Shown piece by piece: positions 10,999-20,909 of a DNA stretch of 62,542 nt. The stretch covers positions 1 through 62,542 of the forward strand of contig CAYPSF010000004.1 of the NCBI GenBank assembly GCA_964413165.1, given 5' to 3'. Source of the DNA: an uncultured Bifidobacteriaceae bacterium. Its GTDB lineage: Bacteria; Verrucomicrobiota; Verrucomicrobiia; Limisphaerales; UBA11358. The number at the start of each line of letters is the position of its first letter. Position 1 is the stretch's first letter. The position numbers and the translations under genes were made by a program. The notes beneath the pieces were generated by a model. That model searched no databases. It had not been told where the DNA came from and worked only from the letters and a program-made list of their open reading frames with translations.

Positions 10999-12129
10999 AT
11001 GTTGAAACGGACGGCCCTTTTTGCCGCACACCAACGGCTCGGCGGCAAACTCATCGAGTTTGGCGGCTGGGAAATGCCCGTGCAATACACCAGCATCACG
11101 GACGAACACCTCGCCGTCCGCAGCGCGGCCGGCATTTTCGACATCTCCCACATGGGCGAAGTTACTGTCAGCGGCGCCGCCGCGGCGGAATTCCTCAATA
11201 TCATTCTTACCAACGACGTCCGGAAACTTGAACCCGGTGAGGGCCAGTACACCCTGATGGGCAACGAACGCGGTGGGGTGATTGACGACCTTTACGCCTA
11301 CCGGCTTTGTTACGAAGTGTTTCTGCTCATCATCAACGCCTCGCGCATTGAGCCCGATGTGGCCTGGTTGCAGGGCCAGGCTGCCCGGTTTGCCCGGTCG
11401 GGCGAATTGCGGTTGACCGACGCCTCGCACAATTACGCCGCCGTGGCCGTGCAGGGGCCCCGCGTGAAGGATTTTATCGAGGCCGGCATTCCCGGCGCTG
11501 CGGTTTCCGGCATGCGGGTGGACCGCGTAACCGGGTTGAAGAAAAATCAGATCGCCGGTTTTCCTTTTGCCAAAGCAGGCGTGCTCGTCTCCCGCACGGG
11601 TTACACCGGCGAGGACGGATTTGAAATCATGGGTTCGGACGAAGCCATCCAGCAGGTCTGGGACAAGCTGCTGGCCATCGGGCAGCCGGCGGGCATCAAG
11701 CCTTGCGGCCTGGGTGCGCGCGATACGTTGCGCACGGAAGTCTGCTATCCGCTGTATGGCCATGAACTCGACGAAAACACGACACCCATCGAAGCCGGTC
11801 TGGGCTTTTTTGTTTCCCTCGACAAGGGCGAATTCAATGGCCGCGCAGTTTTGGCGGCACAGAAGGCGGAGGGAACAAACAAGCAGCTGGTGGCGTTCAA
11901 GATGACCGACAAATGCGCGCCGCCCCGGCCGCAATATCCCCTCTGGGCGGGCGAAAAAAGCGTCGGTATTGTCACCAGCGGCACGCAAAGCCCGTCGATG
12001 GGCATCGGCATCGGGATGGGCTATGCGCCGCCGGAATCGGCGAAAGCCGGCGCGAATATTGAAATTGAGATCCGTGGCAAGCGCTTTGCGGCGGTCGTGG
12101 TGCCCAAGCCGATCTACAAAAAAAGTTAA
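10999..12129 (+). CDS. gcvT: Glycine cleavage system aminomethyltransferase T
   Basis: LKRTALFAAH, FGGWEMPVQY, FDISHMGE, SRTGYTGEDGFE, GLGARDTLRTE. Confidence 0.95.
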   Translation: MLKRTALFAAHQRLGGKLIEFGGWEMPVQYTSITDEHLAVRSAAGIFDISHMGEVTVSGAAAAEFLNIILTNDVRKLEPGEGQYTLMGNERGGVIDDLYAYRLCYEVFLLIINASRIEPDVAWLQGQAARFARSGELRLTDASHNYAAVAVQGPRVKDFIEAGIPGAAVSGMRVDRVTGLKKNQIAGFPFAKAGVLVSRTGYTGEDGFEIMGSDEAIQQVWDKLLAIGQPAGIKPCGLGARDTLRTEVCYPLYGHELDENTTPIEAGLGFFVSLDKGEFNGRAVLAAQKAEGTNKQLVAFKMTDKCAPPRPQYPLWAGEKSVGIVTSGTQSPSMGIGIGMGYAPPESAKAGANIEIEIRGKRFAAVVVPKPIYKKS

Positions 12130-12211
12130 ACCGTTGAATTGTTAAACCGTTGAATCGGGTGCGATTCTTGCGTTGCCACGGTTTAACGATTCACCCTTTC
12201 AACGGTTTGAC
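12125..12211. repeat. Octamer-array inverted repeat, copy 1
   Basis: GTTAAACC GTTGAATT GTTAAACC GTTGAATC - 23 nt - GGTTTAAC GATTCACC CTTTCAAC GGTTTGAC. Contains the gcvT stop. Confidence 0.85.
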
Positions 12212-12265
12212 GAAAAATGAATTTGAGAATATCCGCCAGCCGCGTATTCTGCGGGCCGAAAATTT

Positions 12266-12649
12266 ATGAGCAATGTTCCTTCCGATTTGAAATACACCAA
12301 ATCTCACGAGTGGGTGCGCGTCAGCGGTGACACGGCGACCGTCGGCATTTCCGACCACGCCCAGCACGAGCTGACCGACATCGTTTTTGTCGAGTTGCCC
12401 GACAAGGGGCGGAAGGTGAAGGCCGGCGAGGCTTGTGCCGTCGTGGAATCCGTCAAAACCGCCAGCGACATTTATTCGCCGATCAGCGGCGAGGTGCTCG
12501 AAACCAACCAGGCGGTGGTGGACAACCCGGCGCTGGCCAATACTGAACCCTATGGCGGCGGCTGGTTCTTCAAAATCAAATTGAGCAGTCCAGCCGAACT
12601 GAACGCGCTGCTGTTGCCGGAGGCTTACCAGAAGCAGATTGGCGGCTGA
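12266..12649 (+). CDS. gcvH: Glycine cleavage system H protein
   Basis: [27 protein letters not shown], lipoyl-Lys motif [19 protein letters not shown]. Confidence 0.96.
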   Translation: MSNVPSDLKYTKSHEWVRVSGDTATVGISDHAQHELTDIVFVELPDKGRKVKAGEACAVVESVKTASDIYSPISGEVLETNQAVVDNPALANTEPYGGGWFFKIKLSSPAELNALLLPEAYQKQIGG

Positions 12650-12661
12650 CCAGGGCAAATC

Positions 12662-12901
12662 GTGAAAGTCCGCCTGTTTATCAAACCGTACTGCCCCTGG
12701 TGCGACAAGGCCATGCACTGGCTTGATGGCCAAGACATCCAATACGAAACCCTGGATGTCATTGCGGATGAAAAGGCGTATGCGGAGATGGTCCGGTTGT
12801 CCGGACAGGAACTCGCGCCGGTCATCGACGTGGATGGTAAAATCCTGGCCGATTTCGGCCCGGAAGAATTGGCAAAATTCTGGAAAACGTTAAACTGTTG
12901 A
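12662..12901 (+). CDS. Glutaredoxin family protein
   Basis: 79 aa, CPWC active site, cis-Pro motif LAPVIDVDG. Confidence 0.85.
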   Translation: MKVRLFIKPYCPWCDKAMHWLDGQDIQYETLDVIADEKAYAEMVRLSGQELAPVIDVDGKILADFGPEELAKFWKTLNC

Positions 12902-13005
12902 ATGGTTGAAACGTTAAATCGCAATATGATAACAGCACCCGGGAAACAATCCGACCAGCGAGCACCGTTGGCCGGTTCAACGGTTCAACGATTCACCAAT
13001 TCACG
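12889..13005. repeat. Octamer-array inverted repeat, copy 2 (overlaps grx stop and lipA 5' end)
   Basis: GTTAAACT GTTGAATG GTTGAAAC GTTAAATC ... GGTTCAAC GGTTCAAC GATTCACC AATTCACG. Confidence 0.8.
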
Positions 13006-13873
13006 CCCCCGGCTCCCCGATTGGCTGCGTATTACGCTGCCCACGTCGGACAGTTTCGCGCGCACGCGCAGCCTGCTGGACGAGCTGAAGCTGCACACGG
13101 TCTGCGAAAGCGCCAAGTGCCCGAATCATTGGGAATGCTGGAGCAAGGGCACGGCCACGTTCATGATTGCCGGCGACCGCTGCACCCGCGCCTGCGGTTT
13201 TTGCGCGGTGTCCACGGCCAAACCGTTGCCGCTCGAGGCGGACGAACCCCGGCGTGTGGCCGAGGCTACCCGGCGGATGAAGCTGCGGCATATCGTCATC
13301 ACCGCCGTCGCGCGCGACGATCTGGTGGACGGCGGGGCGGAACATTTCCGGCAAACGGTCGAGGCCGTGCGCGAGTTGAATCTAGGCATTGTCATTGAGG
13401 TGCTCGTGCCGGATTTCAATGACAGCGAAGTTGCCATTGACGCGGTGCTGGCGGCGAACCCTCACATTTTCAACCACAATCTCGAAACGGTGCGGCGGCT
13501 GACGCCGGACGTGCGCCACCGTGCCACGTACGACCGTTCGTTGCACGTGTTGCAGACGGTGAAGGCGAAGCGCGGCGACACAATTTACACCAAATCCGGC
13601 ATGATGCTCGGTCTGGGCGAGTCGGAAGCGGAAGTTCTGGTGGCAATGGAGGATTTGCGCCGGGCCGGGTGCGACATCCTCACCCTGGGCCAGTATCTCC
13701 AGCCGACGTTAAAGCATTTGCCGGTGGTGGAATTTATTTCCCCCGCGAAATTCGACGAATTGGGCCGGCGGGCCGGGGAGCTGGGCTTTGTCCACGTGGC
13801 CAGCGGGCCGATGGTGCGAAGTTCCTACCACGCCGACGAGTTCAACCTGCCGTCAATGTCCCGGCAGGGATAA
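12902..13873 (+). CDS. lipA: Lipoyl synthase
   Basis: CESAKCPNHWEC motif, radical-SAM CTRACGFC, NHNLETV, GQYLQP, RSSYHA. Exact start uncertain (12902 or 12926). Confidence 0.95.
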   Translation: MVETLNRNMITAPGKQSDQRAPLAGSTVQRFTNSRPRLPDWLRITLPTSDSFARTRSLLDELKLHTVCESAKCPNHWECWSKGTATFMIAGDRCTRACGFCAVSTAKPLPLEADEPRRVAEATRRMKLRHIVITAVARDDLVDGGAEHFRQTVEAVRELNLGIVIEVLVPDFNDSEVAIDAVLAANPHIFNHNLETVRRLTPDVRHRATYDRSLHVLQTVKAKRGDTIYTKSGMMLGLGESEAEVLVAMEDLRRAGCDILTLGQYLQPTLKHLPVVEFISPAKFDELGRRAGELGFVHVASGPMVRSSYHADEFNLPSMSRQG

Positions 13874-14476
13874 ATTGCGCCGTATAAAAATAAAAATGGC
13901 GAGGCCGATGCCGACAAAGCCCACGGCAAAGGCGATGAACATGATGGTCTTCGTCAGTGTGCGCGCCTGATCCAGCGTTTCGGCGGTGCGTTTTTTCTCC
14001 GCTTCCCGGAAGACCGCCAGTTCCTTTTCGACCGTGGCGATGGCTTCCTCGCTCTTGAGCTGGAAGGTAAGCCATTTTTCCCCGGACCCCTTCCATTCCC
14101 CGGGCCGGCGTTCGAGGGTTTCAAGCGAAGGAGGTTGGAAACCCCAGCGGGCCCAAAAAGGCGCGTCTTCCTGCGTCCATAGCCGGAGAACCCCATTGTG
14201 ACTGGCAATGGTCTGGATGCGTTCCCAGAACAACAACCGCGCGGCATCAGCTACGGAGAAATCCGTGTACCCTTCGCTGTGGAGCAGGGCGTGCGGGCCG
14301 TTTATTTGAAGGCCGATCGCGCCGACGATTTGTCCCTCGGCGGTTTCCACCACCTGGAATTCCGTAAAGCGCCTTTCCAATTCTTCCGCGGGAAAGCGCA
14401 TGGAATTCCAAAGCCCGCGCAGCGTTTGAAAATCGTCCGTGGTGGCACGGCGGATGCGAAGGGTGGACGGACTCAT
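13853..14476 (-). CDS. GNAT-fold protein with coiled coil and C-terminal transmembrane helix
   Basis: IRRATTDD, GQIVGAIGL and FWARWGF GNAT landmarks, hydrophobic IMFIAFAVGFVGIGLAIFIFI. Confidence 0.6.
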   Translation of the reverse strand: MSPSTLRIRRATTDDFQTLRGLWNSMRFPAEELERRFTEFQVVETAEGQIVGAIGLQINGPHALLHSEGYTDFSVADAARLLFWERIQTIASHNGVLRLWTQEDAPFWARWGFQPPSLETLERRPGEWKGSGEKWLTFQLKSEEAIATVEKELAVFREAEKKRTAETLDQARTLTKTIMFIAFAVGFVGIGLAIFIFIRRNLSLPGH

Positions 14477-14503
14477 GCCCGTCTTATAGCAAGTCCGCAG
14501 GCC

Positions 14504-16021
14504 TCATTGCAACAGGAGCAGGTAAAAGAGTATCGGTTTTGCCGGGCTGACGCCGTTGGTGAATTTGAAATTTCCGGCGGCGTCAAACGGGTTGGTGGAC
14601 AGGCGCCCCCAGTTGATGGCCGGCACGGTGAGATCGGTGCCGGTGAGAACGAGATAATGCCCGCTATGAGGGCCGTTGGTACCGCTGATGACGAGGTTCG
14701 TTCCCGCAAGAAAGACATTGGTAACGGAGGGGACGGTATTCGTGGTGATGATCCGTTGGATGATGGAGTTGTTGCCGCCCCGGAGGTTGGCATAAAGGAT
14801 GTCGCCGTTGCTCGGATCGGCGGCGAAAGCGGAAACCCCCGCATCGGCAAACAGAAACTGGTTGGCGGTCACATTTGTGCCGTCGTAGCGCAACGCCCAG
14901 ATTTCACCGCTGCCATAATCGCCGTAGAGGTAGGCTCCGGCCAACTGGGGCAGGCGTGAACCGTGGTAAACAATGCCGCCAATGATGGCAATCCGGGTGC
15001 CAAAGCCTCCGTTGGTGTGGCCGTAGTCAATGATAGGATCGGTCCAGACGAATCCGATCGGCGCCGATTTCGGCCCCACGACGGTGCCTTCGCGATAGGC
15101 CCAACCGTAGTTGCTGCCGCGCTGGAGAATGTCAATTTCTTCCCGCGCACTCTGGCCCACATCGGCAACATACCATCGGTCACTGGGCGGATCGTACGTC
15201 ACCCGCCAGGGGTTCCGGAATCCCACCGCCCAGAATTCCGTGCGCACCTGGTTGGAGTTGATGGTGATGCTGTTGAAGCTGGTCGTCCCGATGAACGGAT
15301 TGTCGGCCGGAATCGCATAATTGGTCGGCGAGATGATGGCGGGATGGGGATTGGGATTTAAATTGCCCGGCAGTTTGTCCACATCAATGCGCATAATGGC
15401 CGAAAAGAAGTCGTTCGTGATGAGCTGGCTGTTGTTCTGGTTGTCGTTAGCCCCGCCTTCGTCCCCCAGCGGCACATAGAGATATCCGTCCGGGCCGAAA
15501 TGAATGTCGCCGGCGTTGTGGTTGGGCTGGTCGTCCGATTGTTGGATGAGACGCACCTCGGAGGTTGCATCCCCCTGGTTGGTGTTGGCCACCGAAACCT
15601 GGAAACGGGACAGGGTATCGCTGCGCCCGCCCCCGTTGGTGCGCGTGTAAAAAACATAGAAGAAACCATTCGATGCGTAGTTGGGATGAAACGCCAGGCC
15701 CAGCAAACCTTCCTCGCCGTTGACATCGGTCGACTCGCTGCTGAAGCCGACATTCACCCGGCCCGAAATGTCCATGAAGATGGTGCGGGTCGGGTTGGCC
15801 AGGTTGGTGATGACGATAATGCGTCCGTGTTTTTCGACAATGAACAAACGATTCGTTTCGCCCGGGGGCGTTGTCATGCAGACCGGGTTGGAAAAGACCA
15901 GGCTGGGAAACGCATTGGTGGGACTATAAGCCCGGGCGTTTGGCGTGCCAAGGGAAAGACCGATGGCAATAATAGAGATGACGACACCACCCGCGAAAAT
16001 ACTCCAAAACCTCTCTTTCAT
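14504..16021 (-). CDS. Secreted PQQ-dependent sugar dehydrogenase-like (GSDH) beta-propeller protein
   Basis: Signal peptide, EEGLLGLAFHPNY, NHNAGDIHFGPDGYLY, GFRNPWR, DVGQSAREEID. Confidence 0.88.
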   Translation of the reverse strand: MKERFWSIFAGGVVISIIAIGLSLGTPNARAYSPTNAFPSLVFSNPVCMTTPPGETNRLFIVEKHGRIIVITNLANPTRTIFMDISGRVNVGFSSESTDVNGEEGLLGLAFHPNYASNGFFYVFYTRTNGGGRSDTLSRFQVSVANTNQGDATSEVRLIQQSDDQPNHNAGDIHFGPDGYLYVPLGDEGGANDNQNNSQLITNDFFSAIMRIDVDKLPGNLNPNPHPAIISPTNYAIPADNPFIGTTSFNSITINSNQVRTEFWAVGFRNPWRVTYDPPSDRWYVADVGQSAREEIDILQRGSNYGWAYREGTVVGPKSAPIGFVWTDPIIDYGHTNGGFGTRIAIIGGIVYHGSRLPQLAGAYLYGDYGSGEIWALRYDGTNVTANQFLFADAGVSAFAADPSNGDILYANLRGGNNSIIQRIITTNTVPSVTNVFLAGTNLVISGTNGPHSGHYLVLTGTDLTVPAINWGRLSTNPFDAAGNFKFTNGVSPAKPILFYLLLLQ

Positions 16022-16155
16022 AGAGCATCACATTGGCGCACTCATGTCCAAAAGTCAAAGTCACCATGCAAGAAAGTTATTAACAGCCTTGAGACGACGG
16101 TGTTTGCTTTTTGCCCGACTTGTGCAAATCTTTGCGGGCAGAATCTGACTTGAAC

Positions 16156-16806
16156 ATGAATAATATAACTACCCGGCAATTATTGGAATCCCTGCATTGG
16201 CGGTACGCCACCAAAGTCTTTGATGCGGCCAAAAAAATCCCCGCCGATCTCTGGCAAACCCTGGAGCAGGCGCTCGTGCTTACCCCGACTTCTTATGGTC
16301 TGCAGCCGTACCGTTTTCTCGTCATCAACAACCCGGCCAAACGCACCGAACTGCTGCCGCATTCGTGGAACCAAAAGCAGGTCGTGGACGCTTCCCATTT
16401 TGTCGTATTCGCCGCCCGCACCAAAATGACCCCGGCCGACGTGACCAAACTCATCCAACGCACCAGCGACGTCCGAAAAATCCCCGCCGAGTCGCTGGGC
16501 TTTTACCGTGACATGATGCTCGGCGACATCGTTAACGGTCCGCGAGGCAAGGCCGCCCATGAATGGGCGACGCGTCAGACCTACATCGCCCTAGGCAACC
16601 TGATGACTTGCGCCGCCGTGCTGGGCGTGGACGCCTGCCCGATGGAAGGGCTGGTGCCGGCCGAATACGACCGTGTGTTGGGCTTGACCGCCAGTGACTA
16701 CGCGACGGTGGTGGCCTGCGCGCTGGGTTATCGCTCCGCCAGCGACAAATACGCCGGCCTGACAAAAGTGCGTTATGAAACCAGTGAGCTCGTCCAACAA
16801 GTTTGA
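16156..16806 (+). CDS. NAD(P)H-dependent nitroreductase (NfsB-like)
   Basis: WRYATKVFD, LTPTSYGLQPY, LGVDACPMEG, ACALGYR. Confidence 0.9.
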   Translation: MNNITTRQLLESLHWRYATKVFDAAKKIPADLWQTLEQALVLTPTSYGLQPYRFLVINNPAKRTELLPHSWNQKQVVDASHFVVFAARTKMTPADVTKLIQRTSDVRKIPAESLGFYRDMMLGDIVNGPRGKAAHEWATRQTYIALGNLMTCAAVLGVDACPMEGLVPAEYDRVLGLTASDYATVVACALGYRSASDKYAGLTKVRYETSELVQQV

Positions 16807-16836
16807 CCGGGCATGATTTGATCCCGGAACCGATCC

Positions 16837-17112
16837 ATGAAAAGGTCCCTGCGCTTGATTGCGGCGCTGCTCATGGCCGGCGCCGTCGTTTTTTGGGCGG
16901 CCGCCGGGGCGAACCGCGGCTGGACGAAGACGCAAATTCCGATTAAAACCATGGACCCGGTGACGGGCCTGGAAGGAATTCAATGGCAGGCCAAATTTGT
17001 TCCGGGCGTTGATTTTCTGGGTGCCGCCTTGCTCGGATCGGGCATCCTGGCCGCCATTTCATTTTTTACATCACGAAAACCAAAACAACCGCCAATCGAA
17101 ACCAAAATATGA
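16837..17112 (+). CDS. Small two-helix membrane protein, function unknown
   Basis: 91 aa with two hydrophobic segments. Overlaps the YceI start (ATGA), consistent with an operon. Confidence 0.65.
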   Translation: MKRSLRLIAALLMAGAVVFWAAAGANRGWTKTQIPIKTMDPVTGLEGIQWQAKFVPGVDFLGAALLGSGILAAISFFTSRKPKQPPIETKI

Positions 17113-17717
17113 AAACGAAACTAGCCATCCTGGCCCTCATGGGCGCTACCGGCATTGCGTTTGCCGCGCCCCAGACGTTTGACTTCAAAGACCCCAAGGG
17201 CATCAATAACGCCGGATTCAAGCTCGATGCGCCGTTGGAGGCCATCAACGGCAACGCCAGTGGCGTTTCCGGCACGGTTACCTTTGACCCGGAGAATCCC
17301 GGGGCGACCAAAGGCAAAATCGTCGTGACCACCGCCTCGCTCATGCTGCCCAACCCGATGCAACGAACCCATATGTTGAGCGATAAATGGCTTGATGCCG
17401 CAAAATTTCCCGAAATCAGCTTTGAAGCGAAGGAGTTCAAGAATGTCCAGAGCGCCGGTGTCACTACGACAGCCGATGTGACGGGCACCTTCACGCTCAA
17501 GGGAGTGTCCAAGGAGCTCACCGTGCCGGTAAAACTGACTTATATGAAGGACAAGTTGAGTGATCGCGTGCCGAACCTGAAGGGCGATCTGCTGGTTATC
17601 CGAGCCGGCTTCAGCATCAAGCGCGGTGATTTCAACATCAACCCGGGCCAGTACGAGGACAAGGTTTCCGACACCATTGAGCTCACCTTGAGCATCGCCG
17701 GCGCGGCGCCGAAATAA
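17109..17717 (+). CDS. YceI family protein
   Basis: Signal peptide, DAAKFPEISF, GTFTLKGVSKELT, FSIKRGDFNI. Confidence 0.88.
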   Translation: MKTKLAILALMGATGIAFAAPQTFDFKDPKGINNAGFKLDAPLEAINGNASGVSGTVTFDPENPGATKGKIVVTTASLMLPNPMQRTHMLSDKWLDAAKFPEISFEAKEFKNVQSAGVTTTADVTGTFTLKGVSKELTVPVKLTYMKDKLSDRVPNLKGDLLVIRAGFSIKRGDFNINPGQYEDKVSDTIELTLSIAGAAPK

Positions 17718-17780
17718 CCGGAGCTCTCCGTCGAGGAGCAGTTCCGGCTGGTCGAGATCAGGTGTTGGGTCAATTTGAAC

Positions 17781-17974
17781 TGTAGCGTCGGCTGTTTCAG
17801 CCGACAGGGTGCTGAGGGCATCGCACACTACAACAAACTGACCTGCCACCAAAAGACATTTCCGCAGAGTTGCGTCGACGGACAAAGTCCGTCCGTTCCC
17901 CCGTTAAAAGGGAGTTATTCGCGCGGTGATGTTGGTGGCGGCTGAAACATGACGTTTAGCGTCATGTTCCAGCC
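17781..17974. repeat. Cluster of REP-like hairpins
   Basis: TGTAGCGTCGGCTG-ttt-CAGCCGAC...CACTACA (17781-17832), GCCACCAA/TTGGTGGC inverted pair, and GGCTGAAACATGACG-ttta-GCGTCATGTTCCAGCC (17940-17974). Confidence 0.65.
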
Positions 17975-18027
17975 AGAATGGCCAATGGATACTTATCCTC
18001 CCTGACAAGCTCGTCCCAAATCCCGAC

Positions 18028-18264
18028 TTAGGCGCGTTTCTTGGCTTTGACCTTGGCCCAGCGGGCTTTTTGGGCCGCAACAATCCTGGCCCGGCCGGCC
18101 GCGCTCATCTTCCGTTTCTTTCTTTTCGCCGGTTTGGTCGCCAGCGCTTTGAACGTACCGTTCAAGGCCTGGTCGATGGCTTGCAGACGCCCTTCCAATT
18201 TGGTTTTCTCCGCGGTCAAAGACCGACGCAGTTTGGTGTACTGTTTGAGTGAGTCGTGTTTCAT
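18028..18264 (-). CDS. Small basic putative DNA-binding protein (coiled coil plus KMSAAGRARIVAAQKARWAK tail)
   Basis: 78 aa, very Lys/Arg rich, with its own promoter at 18284-18313. Confidence 0.7.
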   Translation of the reverse strand: MKHDSLKQYTKLRRSLTAEKTKLEGRLQAIDQALNGTFKALATKPAKRKKRKMSAAGRARIVAAQKARWAKVKAKKRA

Positions 18265-18283
18265 AATAACAATTGAGCCGTGG

Positions 18284-18313
18284 AATCTATCAGAAATCCA
18301 CTCCCGATGGCAA
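18284..18313 (-). promoter_or_regulatory. Sigma70-type promoter of the small basic protein gene
   Basis: Minus strand TTGCCA-N18-TAGATT with an extended -10 TG. Confidence 0.6.
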
Positions 18314-18364
18314 TGGGAGTTTTGGGGTTTGACAGGTGGCGATGGGTCCTTGCTTGAAAATCAA

Positions 18365-18457
<93 letters not shown>

Positions 18458-18641
18458 GCCGGAAACGATATTTTGGCTGCGCGCCCCGCCGGGCGCAATC
18501 TTTTCCGTCGGATGGACAAATGAATTTAGCCAGCTTTGAATTTCTGCCGGATAAATCCGGCGTTCCTATTTCAATACACAGCGCTAACGGCTGAATCCAG
18601 AGTTCCGATGGCGATAGGAACGCCGCATTCCTGTGGCAGCG

Positions 18642-20909
18642 TTACACGCTCAGAATGGCGCCCTGGCTTGCGTTGGTCACCAGCTTCCGGTAGCGCGCCA
18701 GCCAGCCGGTCAGTTCGTGCTTCACCGGCTGCCAGGCCTTCTTGCGTTCCGCCAGCTCGGTTTCAGCCACCAGGATGTCCATCCGGCGGTTCGGGAAATC
18801 GATCCGGATGCGATCGCCTGCTTTCAACAACCCGATGGGTCCGCCCTCGGCTGCTTCGGGTGAAACGTGGCCGATGCAGGCGCCCGCCGTGCCGCCGCTG
18901 AACCGGCCGTCGGTGATCAACGCGCATTTGTCTCCCAGGCCCATGCCGGCGATGTAGCTGGTGGGCGAAAGCATCTCCTGCATGCCCGGCCCGCCTCGCG
19001 GACCTTCATTGCGGATGATGACGACGTCACCAGCCTTCACCTTGCCGGCCAGGATGCCCGCACAAGCGTCGTCCTGGCTTTCAAAAATGACGCACGGACC
19101 TTCAAACACGAAACCGGGTCCGCAATTGTTCTTGAACGTTTCGCTGATGCCGGCGGTTTTGACCACGCTGCCGTCGGGCGCCAGCTGGCCGTAGAGAATC
19201 GCCAGACCGCCGTCCGGCGTGTAAACGGTGTCCTGGCTGCGGATGCAATCTTTCGCGTCGAACATAAACGCCGAATCATAAGGCATCAGGCCGCTGGGCA
19301 GCACCTTGGCCAGGTGTTTCGGGTCGGTGTCAAATTCGGCCCGGCTGATGAGCCCTTTCTTCATTTTCTTGGCATGCACCAGGGCAAACGGCGTGCGCGT
19401 GCCGCCCTTGATGTAACGCCACATGAGCAGGACCGGCGTTTTGCGGAATTCGCCGAGTTCGGCGCGCACCAGGCCCTTCGACTCCTGGATCTGTTGTTCA
19501 ATGACCGGGCGTAACTGGTCATGTCCCCTGAGCACCACGCCGCCGGGCATCTTCACCACCACCTTGGGGTCATATAAGGCCAGTTGAGCCTCGACGTCGC
19601 CAACATTCCACGCGGCGCCATCACGCCAGAACGCGATGGCCAGCGGGTCGGCCGGGTAAAACATCATCGGCTTGGGCACGAGATTGCCGCCGGCTGTGCG
19701 CGCGGCGGAACCCATCTTGTCGTTGGGGTCCACCACGATCGCGGAGGCGCCGGAGATGCGCACGGTCTTCGCCAGCGTGCTGCATTTTTCCGAACGCACG
19801 TCCCATTCGTCGATGTTCTCGCCGAGGGTCTTGCCGGTGGCGGTTTTGCATTTCAAATTCAACACGCCCAGGCGCTTCAATTCACCGAGGATGGTGTGGA
19901 TGCCGCCGGCGCGATGCACGTCTTGCACGTGGTAGTTTGACGATGGCGAGACCTTGCACACGCAGGGAATGCGGCGCGAGATCCCGTCAATGCGCTTGAT
20001 GTCATATGCAATACCCGCTTCGCGCGCGATGGCGAGCGTGTGCAGGATGGTATTCGTCGAGCCGCCCATCGCCACGTCGAGCATCAGCGAATTGTCAAAT
20101 GCCTCCACCGTGGCGATGTCGCGCGGTTTCAAATCCAGTTCCACCAGCTTGATGATCGCCTGCGCGGCGCGTTGGTACAGCGCTTCGCGCTCCTTCGAGA
20201 CGGCGAGGATGGTGCCGTTGCCGGGCAGCGCGATGCCGAGCGCCTCGCACAGGCAGTTCATCGAGTTGGCCGTGAACATGCCGGAGCACGAACCGCACGT
20301 GGGGCAGGCAGTCTGCTCCAGTTTCTTCAATTGTTCTTCGGTGATCTTGCCCGCCTGGAGCTCGCCCACACCCTTGAAAACGGAAATCAAATCCGACTTG
20401 CCGGTCGCCGGCTGGAGATGCGCCGCAAGGTCTTCGTGCACGGCTTTCTGTTCGGTCGTGCCCGCCGCCATCGGCCCGCCGCTCACAAACACCGTCGGGA
20501 TGTTGACGCGCATTGCGCCCATCAACATGCCGGGGACGATCTTGTCGCAGTTCGGGATGCAAACCATGCCGTCAAAGCAATGGGCCTTGATGACGGTTTC
20601 AACACAATCGGCGATCAGTTCGCGCGAGGGTAGGGAATAGAGCATGCCGGAATGGCCCATGGCGATGCCGTCGTCCACGCCGATGGTATTGAAGATGAAC
20701 GGCACGCCGCCGGCCTCGCGGACGAGGCGTTTGACCAGCATGCCGACCTCGTTGAGGTGGGCGTGGCCGGGGATGCAATCGATGTAGCTGTTGCAGATGG
20801 CGATGAACGGCTTGTCCCAGTCAGCTTCGGACTCGATGGCGCCGGTGGCGCGAAGTAACGCGCGGTGCGGTGCACGTTCAAAGCCTTTTTTGATGATGTC
20901 GGAACGCAT
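18642..20909 (-). CDS. ilvD: Dihydroxy-acid dehydratase with an internal insertion of about 140 aa
   Basis: [62 protein letters not shown]. Confidence 0.95.
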   Translation of the reverse strand: MRSDIIKKGFERAPHRALLRATGAIESEADWDKPFIAICNSYIDCIPGHAHLNEVGMLVKRLVREAGGVPFIFNTIGVDDGIAMGHSGMLYSLPSRELIADCVETVIKAHCFDGMVCIPNCDKIVPGMLMGAMRVNIPTVFVSGGPMAAGTTEQKAVHEDLAAHLQPATGKSDLISVFKGVGELQAGKITEEQLKKLEQTACPTCGSCSGMFTANSMNCLCEALGIALPGNGTILAVSKEREALYQRAAQAIIKLVELDLKPRDIATVEAFDNSLMLDVAMGGSTNTILHTLAIAREAGIAYDIKRIDGISRRIPCVCKVSPSSNYHVQDVHRAGGIHTILGELKRLGVLNLKCKTATGKTLGENIDEWDVRSEKCSTLAKTVRISGASAIVVDPNDKMGSAARTAGGNLVPKPMMFYPADPLAIAFWRDGAAWNVGDVEAQLALYDPKVVVKMPGGVVLRGHDQLRPVIEQQIQESKGLVRAELGEFRKTPVLLMWRYIKGGTRTPFALVHAKKMKKGLISRAEFDTDPKHLAKVLPSGLMPYDSAFMFDAKDCIRSQDTVYTPDGGLAILYGQLAPDGSVVKTAGISETFKNNCGPGFVFEGPCVIFESQDDACAGILAGKVKAGDVVIIRNEGPRGGPGMQEMLSPTSYIAGMGLGDKCALITDGRFSGGTAGACIGHVSPEAAEGGPIGLLKAGDRIRIDFPNRRMDILVAETELAERKKAWQPVKHELTGWLARYRKLVTNASQGAILSV

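Noticed and set aside
12125-12211. CRISPR array
   Set aside because: Units are 8 bp, contiguous and inverted, with no unique spacers. No cas genes or arrays were seen anywhere in the window.
19250-19805. Intein in ilvD
   Set aside because: No Cys/Ser-start...His-Asn end and no homing endonuclease motif. The insert looks like SnoaL.
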